A stretch of DNA of 64,000 nucleotides, from the NCBI GenBank assembly GCA_030141605.1, contig JAQGDQ010000449.1:1-64000 (forward strand). The letters run 5' to 3'. The translations under genes and the position numbers were made by a program. Below, in pieces: positions 1 to 11,630 of this stretch. The notes under the pieces were generated by a model. That model was not told the DNA's origin and searched no databases. It saw nothing but the letters and a program-made list of their open reading frames with translations. The first letter of the stretch is position 1. Each line of letters begins with the position of its first letter. The stretch comes from Tubiluchus corallicola. Lineage: Eukaryota; Animalia; Priapulida.

Positions 1-229
1 AACAAAAAACAAATACAAGTACAAAATGGTAGGTAACACATTACAAAACGTACAAACAACATCAAATCCATATATGTACCATAAACCCAACTACACGTGC
101 ACATATAGTACACTCTAAAATGGACAATAAAGTTAACAATAAAATGTATAAATATTAAATTTGATAGATTGTTCTTATTTAGAAAACAATTACTTATTGA
201 ATTACACAAGCAATTAATACTATTCTAAT

Positions 230-1515
230 TGCTTCTTCTAGGATCCAAGAAAACTGCCAAAAACAAGTATTATCATTATTGCTCATAGTTGTAACGTCGT
301 GACACTTGCCTGAAGTATCAGCGAAAGCTTTTTCTCTATCTATTTTATGTTTTTCACAATTAATTAAGAAATGTTGTCCTGCACTTCAATGGCTGACTCT
401 TTACAATACATAAAGGTTGGTTAACAAGAGTTTGTTTTGACTTATGATGCGTTCCTGTTTCGATGGCCTATGTATGCGAATTGATTCGAAATTCTGCAAA
501 GGCTATATTAGCCATTCTTGATAATTTTCTATGCTACCAAATAATTTTCAAACTTAAACTAATATTTAAATTTGCAATAGTTCCAAAGCTTATTTGCTTC
601 ATTATTTTCTGTAACAGGTCCGTTAATTTCCAGTTTGCTGCATAAATGTTTTCTAGTTTTTTCATGATTGCCCCAATTAGTCACTTTTTATTGGTGGTAG
701 CTTAGTTTTCCCTAATACGTGTAATTAATTAAGATGCGCTAAAATTCTTTTTTACAAAATCTGCCAAACTATCTATTTTAACATAATTAGTTGATACGTT
801 GTACAAAAGACATGCTAATGAACATGACATATCCAAAAATTAATTTTGTATTTAGACGTAAGCAGCAGATACTTTATGTTTAAAATCACTGCAAAACGGT
901 CTCCACTCTTCTCTGCCGTGCAATGCGACCGGTAAAACTATAAGTAATACCTATATTTATAGTAACAAATGAAGGGTTATGTTTAGAGGTAACTTTTATT
1001 GAATTAACACAGAAATAGGAATTTGTAATGTTTTCAGCCCTGTGTCTTTTAATTCGCCAGTTAATTATTTAAATTATCAGGAGTTGACAGCAATCAAAAA
1101 TTGCTCCTAAATGTCTGTAGGTTATAACTACGTTGATGGGTTTGTTTCCATACATACAATGGATGCTAGCAGGCATCATATTTTGTGGTACATTATTGTA
1201 GTTTTGTCAACATCAATTGCCAGCTTCCAATTTTTCGCAGTAGTTTAATAATTTGTTAAGTGTATTTTGTAAGCCTGTTTCGGATTTGGAAAATATAACG
1301 ATGTCATTTGCAAACAGTAGGCAGGTAATAAGCACTTCATTTCTATTAAAATAGGTTCATACGTTGTGTCAAAATTTTTTGGCAAATCATTTATAAAAAT
1401 CGATAAAAGTTGTAAGAGTTAATCCGCATCCTTGCTTTAATCCAATGTTGCTTTTAAATGATACTTTAGCATAGACATCGCTGATAATTTTTAGAGTTTT
1501 CCCGTCAATTCCTAT
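230..1515 (-). mobile_element. Degenerate 5'-truncated non-LTR retrotransposon (CR1/L2-group-like), 3' half of ORF2
   Basis: Manual minus-strand translation, allowing frameshifts and stops, gives ORF2 motifs in the correct order: FKSNIGLKQGCGL..IFINDLP (~1455-1380), ITCLLFANDIVIFSKSETGLQNTLNKLLNYCEK/WKLAIDVDKT (~1329-1200; RT xADD motif decayed to FAND), IVLPVALHGREEW (~940-902), FRINSHT*AIETG (~490-455), and YCKE..QHFLINC (CCHC-type tail, ~410-355). Confidence 0.85.
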
Positions 1516-1594
1516 TTTAGCTTCTTATTGAATGCTTTTTGCTGAATGCTATGGAACAAGCATATAATTGGCAACTTTGTTTACTGATCAATTG

Positions 1595-1643
1595 TATTAT
1601 TATTATTATTATTATTGATGTTGTTGTTGTTGTTGTTGTTGTT
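1595..1643. repeat. Compound (ATT)n(GTT)n microsatellite
   Basis: Directly visible; explains the poly-T/poly-I ORF 1517..1711. Confidence 0.9.
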
Positions 1644-3059
1644 TTGAGTTTGATAAGACGATCATTGGTACTAAAACCGGCTGTAAAGCCGGTTTGTGCT
1701 AGGTCGTACATATAGTAAGGTCGTACATACTCTAAATAAAGTCGCAGTATTTCATCTAAGACTGTTTATCAAAGTGCAAGTTCATTTTGCTTGTTGCGAA
1801 TAAATAAAATACGTATAAGTTTAAACACACAGTCTTAAACGCTTTTATTATATTTAGCCGCAAACTAAAAGGTAGCCTTGTATCCCATTACATTCAATTA
1901 TTTCTGCAGAAATATAAGCAATTTGCTGAAACAGATACTTAGCCGTTGGCTATTTTCAGTTGACGCTATATAACGTACATGCCGCAATAACAAATAAGTA
2001 CTGAAGCTTAACTATAATGCTTTAAACTAGGCGCGTGACAATAATAAGAGATACGTATGAAAAATTATAAGGGCGTGCCTTTCGTGGGTCTCGGTTTGGT
2101 GTGTTTTCGTTTCGTATGGGAGTAACTGATTTGTTGGCTAGCAAGACAGCTAATAGGATTAGCTGAGTGGTACACTTATGCTTGCCAACGAAGTTAAGCA
2201 ATGTCGAGTTTGACTATGAAATGTATTTGACCGCTATGAAACCAAGCGTGTGTGCTTTTATATTATGTAAATGTGGTTAAGAAACCTCGGGTTGTTTAGT
2301 ATCTGGTTTTAGAAGGTTATCCTTGATAATGAAGGCCGTTCTTCCACAACTTTCGGCGCTAATGAGGGTGCATTAAATTGTGTTCATAGCCAAACTAGAA
2401 GAGAAAACAACCACTTCAACTAATTAGCTACCGAATAAGCAATAGGTAGAATAATCTATTCTATAGGGTTTTATGACAATGTTTCTTACCCTCAAATCCC
2501 AATGCTTCACATTAGGGCGCCTAGTTAAGAACTGTAAGAACAAGCGTGTTGCTTTCTAAGAATTACATGTTTTGCTTTGGTTTTTTGGTCGCTTGAAAAT
2601 TCGTTCACCAGATCGCATGCTGCCTAATAACACAGTACCCAAAGTGTGTGGCAATACTTCCAGGAACTGGCAGTTGTCATTACAGATGAAAACGTCAGTT
2701 AATTGCAGATATATTTTACATACAATGATAGGTGTATTGAATTTAGTTGCAATTCTGTGCTGCAATGATGCCACAGGAAAACGTAGGGTTTCTCTGAATG
2801 TTCTTTGTCTTTATATGGTCGTCAAGGGTCAGGTCGAGAAGCCAGGTTTTCTATGCGTGAGTGACAACGCCAAGTAACTCCTGACATTAGAAGGCTAAAG
2901 AGTCAACCACAAAAATTAAAAAATTACCGAACTAAAACCACTTCAACAGAAGAATATTAAACATTTGCCCGAACAACATTGGAACAGCCTTTATCCAACT
3001 TTTCCACTATGGAAAATTATCCATTTCAAAAATCACTAAATATGTTGCCAGCTTTGAAG

Positions 3060-3720
3060 TTATAACATATGTGGATGGCAACTTGGATATGAATGACCAC
3101 ACTAAGGAGCAATTCCCTCGGTTTGCATTGCTCCCGTTTCAGGTTCTTTGTGCCGACCTGCTGTAGGCTTTCCTTATTACTCATCGCTCCATGGTCATTT
3201 CGCAAGCTACTACATACTTGTGTTTCTAAATCAATCCTGATCTTTCCAGTCTTCATAGAGACGCCATATCAGCTAGCCTTTGCACAATATTCTAAAGTTG
3301 TTGTTGTTGGAATTTAAATGTCAAATAAAGACTCTCCGCTGGACTTTCATCCAATGATCCTGCTGGTATCTTGCGACTTTCAAATTTCAAATTTCAATGT
3401 TGTGTTTAAATTGTAAATTGATCGACTCAAACGGATAATTGTAAATCATAATGCTGATGAATATTTTTTGCTGGACCTTTTTCTTTGCTCTAGTCCTGAT
3501 CATAATCTTCTGATCAATCACCCACATTGGTGTGGGTTAACTGTTGTATCGCCCTGTGTTGTGGTTTCGACCACCTTTAGATCAAAATGTATCAATAATC
3601 ACGAGTACTACAACAGACTGAAGTTTCCATATTTTCTTGAATCTCTCAACGGCTCGGGATTTTATCATCTTCAGCGTGACTTAAAACGTAAGTTTAGGAG
3701 CGTTAGACTATTCAATGTTA
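3060..3720 (+). mobile_element. Highly decayed LINE APE-endonuclease fragment
   Basis: VVVVG(I*)..NKD at ~3297-3332 resembles the xGDFNxH motif. LDLFLCSSPDH at 3471-3503 resembles the LDL...SDH end of the APE domain. Many disablements. Confidence 0.45.
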
Positions 3721-4288
3721 CTATAATTGCACTTTAGTAATTTCAATAAAGTCTGGCATGTCAGGCAAAAAATATTTAAAACCAATACGTTTTTGAAGTC
3801 TTGAGCAATATACCTCTAAAAAGTCGACACACTAGAAGTTTGGGATGGGCATGGTAGGTGTAAATGCTGAGAAGAACAACTCGCTAGTTCGTGGTGGTAT
3901 TATAAGTCACGATTAGATGTGAAATAGGGAACTCACACATGGTGTGGGTGCAGGCTAAAAACATGGTTAGATTTATGGACAGGTTACGTGGAGTGGCACC
4001 CTCGTGGTAGAAACAGCTGAGGGTGTTAGTGCTCCAATATCTGGTGGAAATTAAGTTTGTTCCACAAGCGCATTGCTCTGGGGTAGAAGGAGTATAAATA
4101 AACTTTTCCATAGATCAACAATTTTTCCAGTGCAAGTAAAAAATGATCTGTCGAAACTTATAGTTGCTTTTAAATAAAGCCTTTTTAATTATTCAATGAC
4201 TGTTGTGCAGGCTAGTCCACTGTATTTTAGTTATTTGTGGCAGAATTCATTAATGTAAAACTGCCAGTCTTGTAGGGGTAGTTCTCGG

Positions 4289-4673
4289 TAGGGGTGCTCA
4301 TTGATCGTTTGAATTCGATTCGTATCTAAAATTATAGATTCGAAAAATTCAGCACTTCAGTCACATAAGTTCTTTGTCATTAAGATGCTTGAAATAGCAT
4401 GCAATTAGCACAATTTAGCTGCAATTTTGGTGCAAAATTTTCAGCAAACTCATAGTGAATTTACTGCAGAACAAAATCAAATAATATGCACGATCTTTGT
4501 ACGACCACTTTTTACTACTACTTCGAAAATGTGTTCGAAAACCTTTTTTCTATCTCAATTAGAATTCAATTCGAAATCGAAATACTGAAATTCGGTTTGA
4601 TTCAAATTTGAATGTCGCGAATTTGGTTCGATTCCATTCGAATTCGCCTTCTATTAGAGAATGCGCACCCTTA
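4289..4673. mobile_element. hAT-type MITE (385 bp)
   Basis: TIRs TAGGGGTGCTCATT / AATGCGCACCCTTA (12/14 inverted match); 8-bp TSD GTTCTCGG (4281-4288) / GTTCTCTG (4674-4681); many sub-terminal TTCGAA/ATTCG motifs. Confidence 0.8.
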
Positions 4674-4681
4674 GTTCTCTG

Positions 4682-5183
4682 TGCGAAGTGTTGTCGCTGC
4701 CGAATCTCACGTATTTAACAGTGCGTCCGATGTTTACTGAAATCTGAGCTAGAGCAGAAAGGGTGGTTGTGTCAAATTCAAAGTGTGAATTAAATTTTGG
4801 AAATTTGGCAACTAATTTGCTAAAATTTAAATATAAACCCAATTTTATGGTTACGTTTGCAGGTAATTTGTAAAGTCGGCGATCAAGCTAACGGTTGCTT
4901 ATTAACCACGATAGTCATAACGCTATGCGGACAGCATGCGTTTACGTGTGTATCTGGGTATTTATTATATTAGTTATTACTAAATTAAAATAAATGACAC
5001 TGCATAGCCACTTAGAGCGCGTTCGGTTATTTGGTGATCACAGTGTCCCGCGGCACAACATACAGCCTGGTCGTCATCATGGTGTGTTGTAACTACGACA
5101 ATGCGACATCGAACTAGGAGTTACACTTCACAGAGGTACATTGTACTGCAGCAGTACACACCGCCCCAGTACAAGGTGAGACG
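4682..5183 (+). promoter_or_regulatory. Putative promoter and non-coding first exon(s) of the SLIMP-like gene
   Basis: Locally CpG/GC-enriched stretch ending in two good donors, AAG|GTGAGA (5175/5176) and ACG|GTAAGC (5183/5184); another candidate donor CAG|GTAATT at 4862/4863. The CDS is preceded by a strong acceptor (tttacttttgttttAG, 9228-9229) 10 nt before its ATG, so an upstream exon is expected. The pairing of these sites is inferred. Confidence 0.4.
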
Positions 5184-6252
5184 GTAAGCGGCGATGTAGC
5201 ACAGGGCGACGACCGAACAATAAAATGACAACGAAGTGGTCATGTAGCGTTTAAAAAAACTGATAGTGCCGGCCACAAAAAATTGTTTTTCTGTCTTCAT
5301 GAGCTCAGAAGATGTCAGTAGGGAGGAATTTTTTTAAAGCTTTGTGAATGTTTAAAGTTCAATAGTTAAACATTAAATTTAGTTGTAACTTGTTTATTTC
5401 CCACTGGTTAGCAGTAATGTTTTAAATTTCTTCAATGCACATTTTTCATGCTTTGTTTTTTAGTTTTTTCTTTCACATTACTAAATTATCGTATATTATC
5501 GATTATCATATAGCCTGCATTTGGTGTGGTATGAACATATGATCTGAATATCATAATTAGGCTGCAACACTATGCTGATTTGGCGGAAAATACGATAATC
5601 AGCATCATGCAAAATGGCAACCCTAGCCAGGAGTTTGTCTTAGAAAAACATGACTGCATTCTTTCCAAAACAGTGGTATTGTAATAATTATTGTGACTGC
5701 ATCCTTTCCGAAACAGTGATGTTACAATAATTATTGCATTTTGCATTTTAAATTTAAAAATATGCTTTTATATGACTGTGTCAGATAAGTATATGAACAT
5801 ACAAAAAAATTATAAAATTCTCGACTGGGTGTGCGATAAGAAAGTTATTACCAGGACGATTAGACGGAAACAGAAATATTTTTATTGTCAGACTAATTAG
5901 ATAAAATGATGCTAATTTAAAAACATAAAATTTTGAATTGAACAGTTACTATTTGCTAACTATAATCATGTAGAATGAGTTGTATTAGAATCAGCCTAAG
6001 CTAGACACAATCATTTTTAGATTTTAGATCTATTTACTCATTCATTTATTCATTCATTATTTATTCCATTTAGCACAATACAAAAATAAAAGTTATAAAA
6101 TTACAAATTAACAATGCGTTACAGTGCTATGAGTGCAGCAGAAGAAATTAACTTATGAGCTGTGCTCAACATGGATAAGACTAAATTAATGACATAAGCA
6201 ACAACAAAGAAAATATGTTAAATGGAGCGAAGCAAACAGATACAAGAAAACG

Positions 6253-6260
6253 ATAATGAT

Positions 6261-6291
<31 letters not shown>

Positions 6292-6367
6292 ACAATGATA
6301 GTGATATTAATTCTGATAATGGTGATGGCGATGACAATGATAATGAATTGATGCTAATGGTGATAAT
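6253..6367. repeat. Degenerate (GAT)n low-complexity tract
   Basis: gatgatgat/gataat repeats; explains the Asp-rich and Ser-rich ORFs at 6218-6460. Confidence 0.8.
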
Positions 6368-8129
6368 GCACATTGAAACTGAAGGGGCAACTAAAAAACA
6401 TAAATCAACTGCCAATTGAAAAAGTCGACAAAATAGCAAGAATATTATTATTTCACGCATTGTACAAAATGGCTTTAAATGTTTTCCTAATTAATCTGAT
6501 TGTCTTCAAACCTTTTTTCCAGATTTTTTTGTAAGTATATTCCTGCAAAAAACAATCACTAGTTAACATCTGCCGTTTACAGCTGTAGCAAAAGCAATAT
6601 ATACAGACCTTGATGATAAGATCTTACATGCTACTACTATTAATTGCAGAATAACTACATTTTTAATGGCTAATTGTCATCCTGTTTCTAATTTCTATTT
6701 AAGAGGAAAAGCAGATGTACCCTTAGTCATTTTTTTCATAATTATTCCTCTGCTGTCATTTGTTTGTCCAAATTTTTCCTCTCCCCAGAGAACATTTGCA
6801 GTTGTATTGACTGGTAACAAACATATTTTTTCTCTTGTTGCTACGGTTTTTCACGTTGGCTTAGGATTGGCTGCAATAGCACCTGCCTACATGGAAAACA
6901 GGGAATAACTCAACTACAACATAGATGAAATTGCAACTTGTACATGTTACATAGGCTAAGTTAGTTACTTGTATGGACTACGGTAAAATCTGATCTAATA
7001 ATGATGTGCATGTGATTGTTTGTTCTAAGAAGACGATCTAGTGCTCTAAGCACTAAGCTAACTTTTAAGTTTTGTGAATATAATTCAATTTGGCTCAGGA
7101 GCATCAAGGGATTTTTTATTTTTGCACCTGTCTTTAGACAGTTTTTAGACAGTCTACATTTCTACCACACACTAGCAGTCGTCTTCAAGAAGTGCATAAA
7201 GAATTATTTAAAATTCGGAACAAAACAAAAAGGTTTCGACAAAATACGAATAGAAATATTACTAGTTAGCAGCAGTAATGTTTGATTTTTCTAATAAAAA
7301 TTAAATAAAAAGTATTATGTAGAGGGATGTTTATGAAATGCATATTATCTGTTATAAAGACCTTAAAACATCCTAGACTGTACAGTATGTACGTCACTTC
7401 TGCACTGGTATTCAAACAAAATATGTTCTCGGTTACTTTGTATGTTCGTCATATTTTGGCAAAGAGATTACCAGCAATAGCCTGCGATGTATGCATGGAT
7501 ATAATTATGTATGTATTGTGCATACAGCAAGTATACACTGTATCCTTTTTATTCTGCATTACTTAAACATCCTATTAATGTATTCTAATTAAGTCCTGGC
7601 AAGGAGTATTGAAGTACGTGAGGTGAAGCGCTACCACCAATATTAGAAACCATAATGAAAATTTAAAGTGCTTGTTACACATCCTTGTTTGTACATTAGC
7701 TAAGTTGGAATAGTTGTAATTTGCTTTCTGACTTTCAAACAGAGTTGCACTATAATGATGGTTTGTGTGTATTTGTTACAAATGAATATGTTACAGGCAA
7801 TGTGCAAACTTTAGATATTTTATAAAAATTTCTAGGCATTTCATATAACACCTATGCATTTCAACAAATGTATTAAATAAATCCTTTTGCTTTGTCACTT
7901 TCAAACTTTTCCTAACGGTTTGTATAATATCTAGGATCTGTATAGAAGGCATAAAGTGATTTTGGCAAAGTGTGAAATGAACAGAACTCCTGTTTAATTT
8001 TAACCTTTCCCAGATACTTATACATTTCCTAGGCATTATACAGAATGCAGGAATTGACTTAGTCAGTATACTAAATTTAATAAGAAGTTCAACTGGGTGA
8101 GTTAATTGTTTTATTGGCATTGGATGCAA

Positions 8130-8330
8130 CATTACTATCTCTGACAGGCTGCTTAGTCAAGATGGCCCACTTACCAAAGAAACCAGCTGTCCAGAAAATG
8201 TACTTCTGAATAAGGTGTAGAGCATTGAATTGGAGCATCATCAGAAACTTGTGAAAGAGGTTCCGTAAGAGCAAAGATCTAAATCCAAAAATGAAACTCA
8301 TGGTCTATGAAGCTCTTGTTATCCCGAGCC
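8130..8330 (+). mobile_element. RTE-type LINE fragment nested in the TIR element
   Basis: Translates to LSQDGPLTKETSC.. and KSKDLNPKMKLMVYEALVIPS, matching the post-RT region of RTE elements (S.DG....EI..RI ... L....KL.VY.A.V.P.L). Confidence 0.55.
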
Positions 8331-8384
8331 ATCAATGTCACCTCCACAGAAGATAAATGGGTGTGCTGGCATATGTGGACACAT

Positions 8385-8472
8385 GTATGATGCTTCGTTA
8401 CTTTGCTGCACTGAACTTAAATTCTTGAGTATGATGCTTCGTTACTTAACTGCACTGAACTTAAATTCTTGA
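8385..8472. repeat. 44-bp tandem duplication
   Basis: gtatgatgcttcgttactt(tg/aa)ctgcactgaacttaaattcttga x2. Confidence 0.9.
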
Positions 8473-8640
8473 CCAATAAACAAACAATCGAATGCATTTC
8501 CATTACAAATTTCCAAGGACGTTCAAATATGGGTATTTCAGATATTCACTAAAATATTATTGCCGTTATATAAAAATGCTCAGGAAATTTATGTCAAAAC
8601 CATTTAACATTTGCTTTATTTTTACATTAGCTAAAATTTA

Positions 8641-9174
8641 TTCAGCACTTCATCAAATGAATTGGAAAAGGCATGTGTATTCAAAATCTAAGAGTTACAC
8701 ATGTTACCTAAACAAACGTTTGCTTTATATATAATGCCTAGGAAATTTTGTGTAGAAGAAATTATTTTTTCTTTGTGTGCTTTTGCACTCTGCAAAATGT
8801 CTAGACATTATAAAATGCCTGGTTTCACACTTAAGCCTGTAACAAATACATTAATGTCACTGGCTGTCATACAAAGCAGTAATAAGGTTTTGCAGCTAGT
8901 TATAGTTCAGCATGTCATCAAATGAATTAGGAAATGCATGTGTATTCAAAACCTGAGAGTTACACACTTTACCTAAACAAACTTTTGCATTATATATAAT
9001 GCCTGGAAAATTTTGTGTAGAAAAAAATTATTTTTGCTTTGTGTGTTTCGGCACTCTGTAAAATGTCCGGGCAGTCTGCAAAATGCGTGATCTCAGTGCA
9101 CTTTGCCTGTAACAAATACATTAATGTCAATGTCTGTCATTAAATGCAGTAATAATGTTTTACAGCTAGTTATA
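8641..9174. repeat. ~267-bp tandem duplication (8641-8905 / 8906-9174)
   Basis: Both copies begin ttcagca..tcatcaaatgaatt and end gcctgtaacaaatacattaatgtca...cagctagttata; the copies are diverged but colinear. Confidence 0.9.
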
Positions 9175-9239
9175 TCAATATTATAAAGTATAACTGTGAA
9201 TTATGAACTAAAGTTTACTTTTGTTTTAGGTAACAAGTC

Positions 9240-10664
9240 ATGAACAAGACTTGCATAACTGAAATTCTGCAATTGGGAGTCCGTTTACGCAGTCGTGCAT
9301 TGTGGAACAGTGTAGTATCATTAAATAGGGACCTATTAAGTATAAGGTGTTATGCCACCGCAGTCACTGCATTACATGTGCCTGGTGACAAAGCCAATAC
9401 GCAGCCATTTATAGTACAACCAAATCTGGATTTCCAAAACATTCTTAATGATACTAACTTGCCAGAAAATCTAAAACTGCGTGGACTTACTGTTGATATT
9501 TTAGCTTTGGTAGAACAATGGGAATTATACTTGGCTACCACACGGATGTTTGATTCACTTGAAGTAGAAAAGAATGCAATTGCTGACAAAATAAAAGCTT
9601 ATCATAACAAAAATGAACAAGTAAATGATTCTGGGAAAAGTGAAGTAGAAGCTTTGAAAGTGCAAGGGCGTCAACTGAGAGAGAAAAGGAAAGCGACAAT
9701 AAAAGTGCTGTACGAATTAGAAAATAAGGTGATACCACAACTTCTTCAGTTGCCAAATAGGATTCATCCAAAGTGTCCAACAACAAACAAATTGGAGGTC
9801 ATACACCATTGCGCTGATAAATGTGATTTTGCATTCCCAGCAGTATCTTACCACAGAATCATTGAACAAACAAATTCTGTGATATTTTCTTCCATCAGTC
9901 CCACTGGATACTATCTGTGCGGAGACAGTGCCACATTAGAGCTAGGTCTCATTGATTCTGTGATCAAAATATTGCAGGAGAAAAATTTCACTCATTTATG
10001 TTGTCCAGACACATTTAAGTCAGCGATAGTGGAAGGTTGTTCTGTAGACTGGACTAGTCCAGACACAGTTATTACGCTTGAGAGTGAAAAAACTGTAGAC
10101 ACCGAAAATTGTTTCCATCTCGTTGGACTATCACCTATGTCATTTAGTGCTTTCCTTACACGCATGATTGTGCAAAGAAAAAACCTTCCAATGAGATTTT
10201 TTACTGTTGGAAGACAGTATAAAGCTACAAATCTTTTAGAACATTGTAATTCAGATTTGCTTCATACTGTTCAATCCACAGATATAGGTGTTTTTGGTGT
10301 TACAGAAGACTTACAGGCTTGTGAAAAACTTTTTGATGAATTTATGAATGTGTATATTGAGGTTTATACGAGATTAAGCTTACCTTTTCAAATCGCTTTT
10401 GTGCCATGTAAAGAGTTATCACCAGCTGAAATGCTTCGCATTACTCTCCAAGTTTATCTTCCTGGATCAGAATCTTATGCTGATGTTGGGCATCTTTCTC
10501 TTTATGGTGACTTTGTTAGCAAACGACTGACAATACGATGTGATTCTGGGAGTAAAGGGAAATGCTATTTACACACTTTATATGGAACTCTGTTAAACTT
10601 TCCTCGAATATTAGCATGTATAATGGAAAACTATCAAAAAGAAGATAATTCCTTTTCTTACTAG
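9240..10664 (+). CDS. Slimp: SLIMP-like protein (mitochondrial seryl-tRNA synthetase-like paralogue, probably catalytically inactive), 474 aa, single coding exon
   Basis: SerRS architecture: N-terminal coiled coil (..LKVQGRQLREK..LLQLPNRIHP), YYLCGDSATLELGL, LPMRFFTVGRQY, and motif 3 HTLYGTLLNFPRILACIMENYQ. Arg-rich presequence-like N-terminus (RLRSR..IRCYA). TALHVPGDKA..VQPNLDF matches the SALYITGDKA..QPYLDF segment I recall from Drosophila Slimp. The canonical SerRS TAE and motif 2 FRxE/HQFxKxE residues are absent. Confidence 0.88.
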   Translation: MNKTCITEILQLGVRLRSRALWNSVVSLNRDLLSIRCYATAVTALHVPGDKANTQPFIVQPNLDFQNILNDTNLPENLKLRGLTVDILALVEQWELYLATTRMFDSLEVEKNAIADKIKAYHNKNEQVNDSGKSEVEALKVQGRQLREKRKATIKVLYELENKVIPQLLQLPNRIHPKCPTTNKLEVIHHCADKCDFAFPAVSYHRIIEQTNSVIFSSISPTGYYLCGDSATLELGLIDSVIKILQEKNFTHLCCPDTFKSAIVEGCSVDWTSPDTVITLESEKTVDTENCFHLVGLSPMSFSAFLTRMIVQRKNLPMRFFTVGRQYKATNLLEHCNSDLLHTVQSTDIGVFGVTEDLQACEKLFDEFMNVYIEVYTRLSLPFQIAFVPCKELSPAEMLRITLQVYLPGSESYADVGHLSLYGDFVSKRLTIRCDSGSKGKCYLHTLYGTLLNFPRILACIMENYQKEDNSFSY

Positions 10665-10715
10665 AACTAGTATTATAACAGGTTTGATCATGTGTGATCT
10701 TTGCAGTTAACTGTA

Positions 10716-10721
10716 AATAAA
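10716..10721 (+). terminator. Candidate polyadenylation signal of the SLIMP-like gene
   Basis: AATAAA ~50 nt after the stop; ATTAAA at 10788-10793 followed by GT/T-rich sequence. Confidence 0.5.
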
Positions 10722-11304
10722 TATTTCCATACATCTTGATCATGTATTAGTTTCTTTCAAGTTCAATGCAGTAAAGTGCAGTCTGCTTATTAAATGTAGT
10801 TTCTTTGTTTATGTGTTTATTTTACAAATACTTATAAGGTTAGCATTAGAGAAAAATGAAAAAGGCATTTGATTTAGTGTAGCATTATAATGAGACTAGT
10901 GGTTATCCACTAAAAGAAATGTGCAATTAAAAAGAAGAACAAGTGCTTGTTCGAGGAGGTCAAAGTATGATGTCATGATGTAGAAACACCTAAGTACGTA
11001 AAAAAGTGTTTCAGAAGCATGCGGACAGTCTACACTACCGTGCTGGTATGAAACATGGGGAAATGCACATTAACCAGTACAGCTTTCGAAAAACGAAATT
11101 CATGCTTATAAAATCATTGGAAGTTGGAAACTCAGCTTGTAAAATAACATAATTGATACTAAGGCTAATATGTATTAGTGAGACTGATTAATAGAAGCAA
11201 GGCAGGCAGCTTTTTGGAGAAAGAACAAACATTTTAACGACATTGGCATCACCATAAGCTGGAATTTGTAATAATGACCTAAATTACTTCATCAGTAGGA
11301 AAAT

Positions 11305-11630
11305 ATACTAATAAATTATAGGATGGTCAAAAGTAAATATTAAGATGACTTGTAATAATGAGTGACTAAGAGTTATAACAAAGAACCTGAGAACTAGTGA
11401 AGCAACAAACAGGAGATTTCGTTTACAAATAAATTCAGAATGTGAAGATAGTATCAGTTATAACTATTTAATTATATTAACTATATAAACTAATAAATTA
11501 TAAGATGGTCAAAAGTAATGATATTAAGGTGACTTGTAATAATAAGTGCAAAAGAGTTATAACAAAGAAACTGAGAACTAGTGAATCAACGAAACAGATT
11601 TTGTACACATGCTAAGATAGTACCAGTTGG
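11305..11630. repeat. Direct duplication, period ~185 bp
   Basis: actaataaattata.gatggtcaaaagtaa...gacttgtaataat...agagttataacaaagaa.ctgagaactagtgaa occurs at ~11307 and ~11489. Confidence 0.85.

Larger units (their letters stand above)
7789..9114. mobile_element. Non-autonomous TIR element (TGTTACAGGC termini), unclassified
   Basis: Left end TGTTACAGGCAATGTGCA (7789-7806) is a 17/18 inverted match to TGCACTTTGCCTGTAACA (9097-9114). A second right end (GCCTGTAACA) ends at 8844. Internal CTAGGCATT/AATGCCTAG motifs are in mirror orientation. Confidence 0.7.

Noticed and set aside
6218-6460. Asp-rich and Ser-rich ORFs
   Set aside because: (GAT)n low-complexity tract within the probable SLIMP 5' intron.
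5184-9229. Intronic C/D or H/ACA snoRNA in the SLIMP 5' intron
   Set aside because: No RTGATGA...CTGA pair with a terminal stem found by eye.
9240-10664. Calling the ORF canonical mitochondrial SARS2 or a pseudogene
   Set aside because: Catalytic motifs are replaced but the frame is intact and SLIMP-type N-terminal residues are present.
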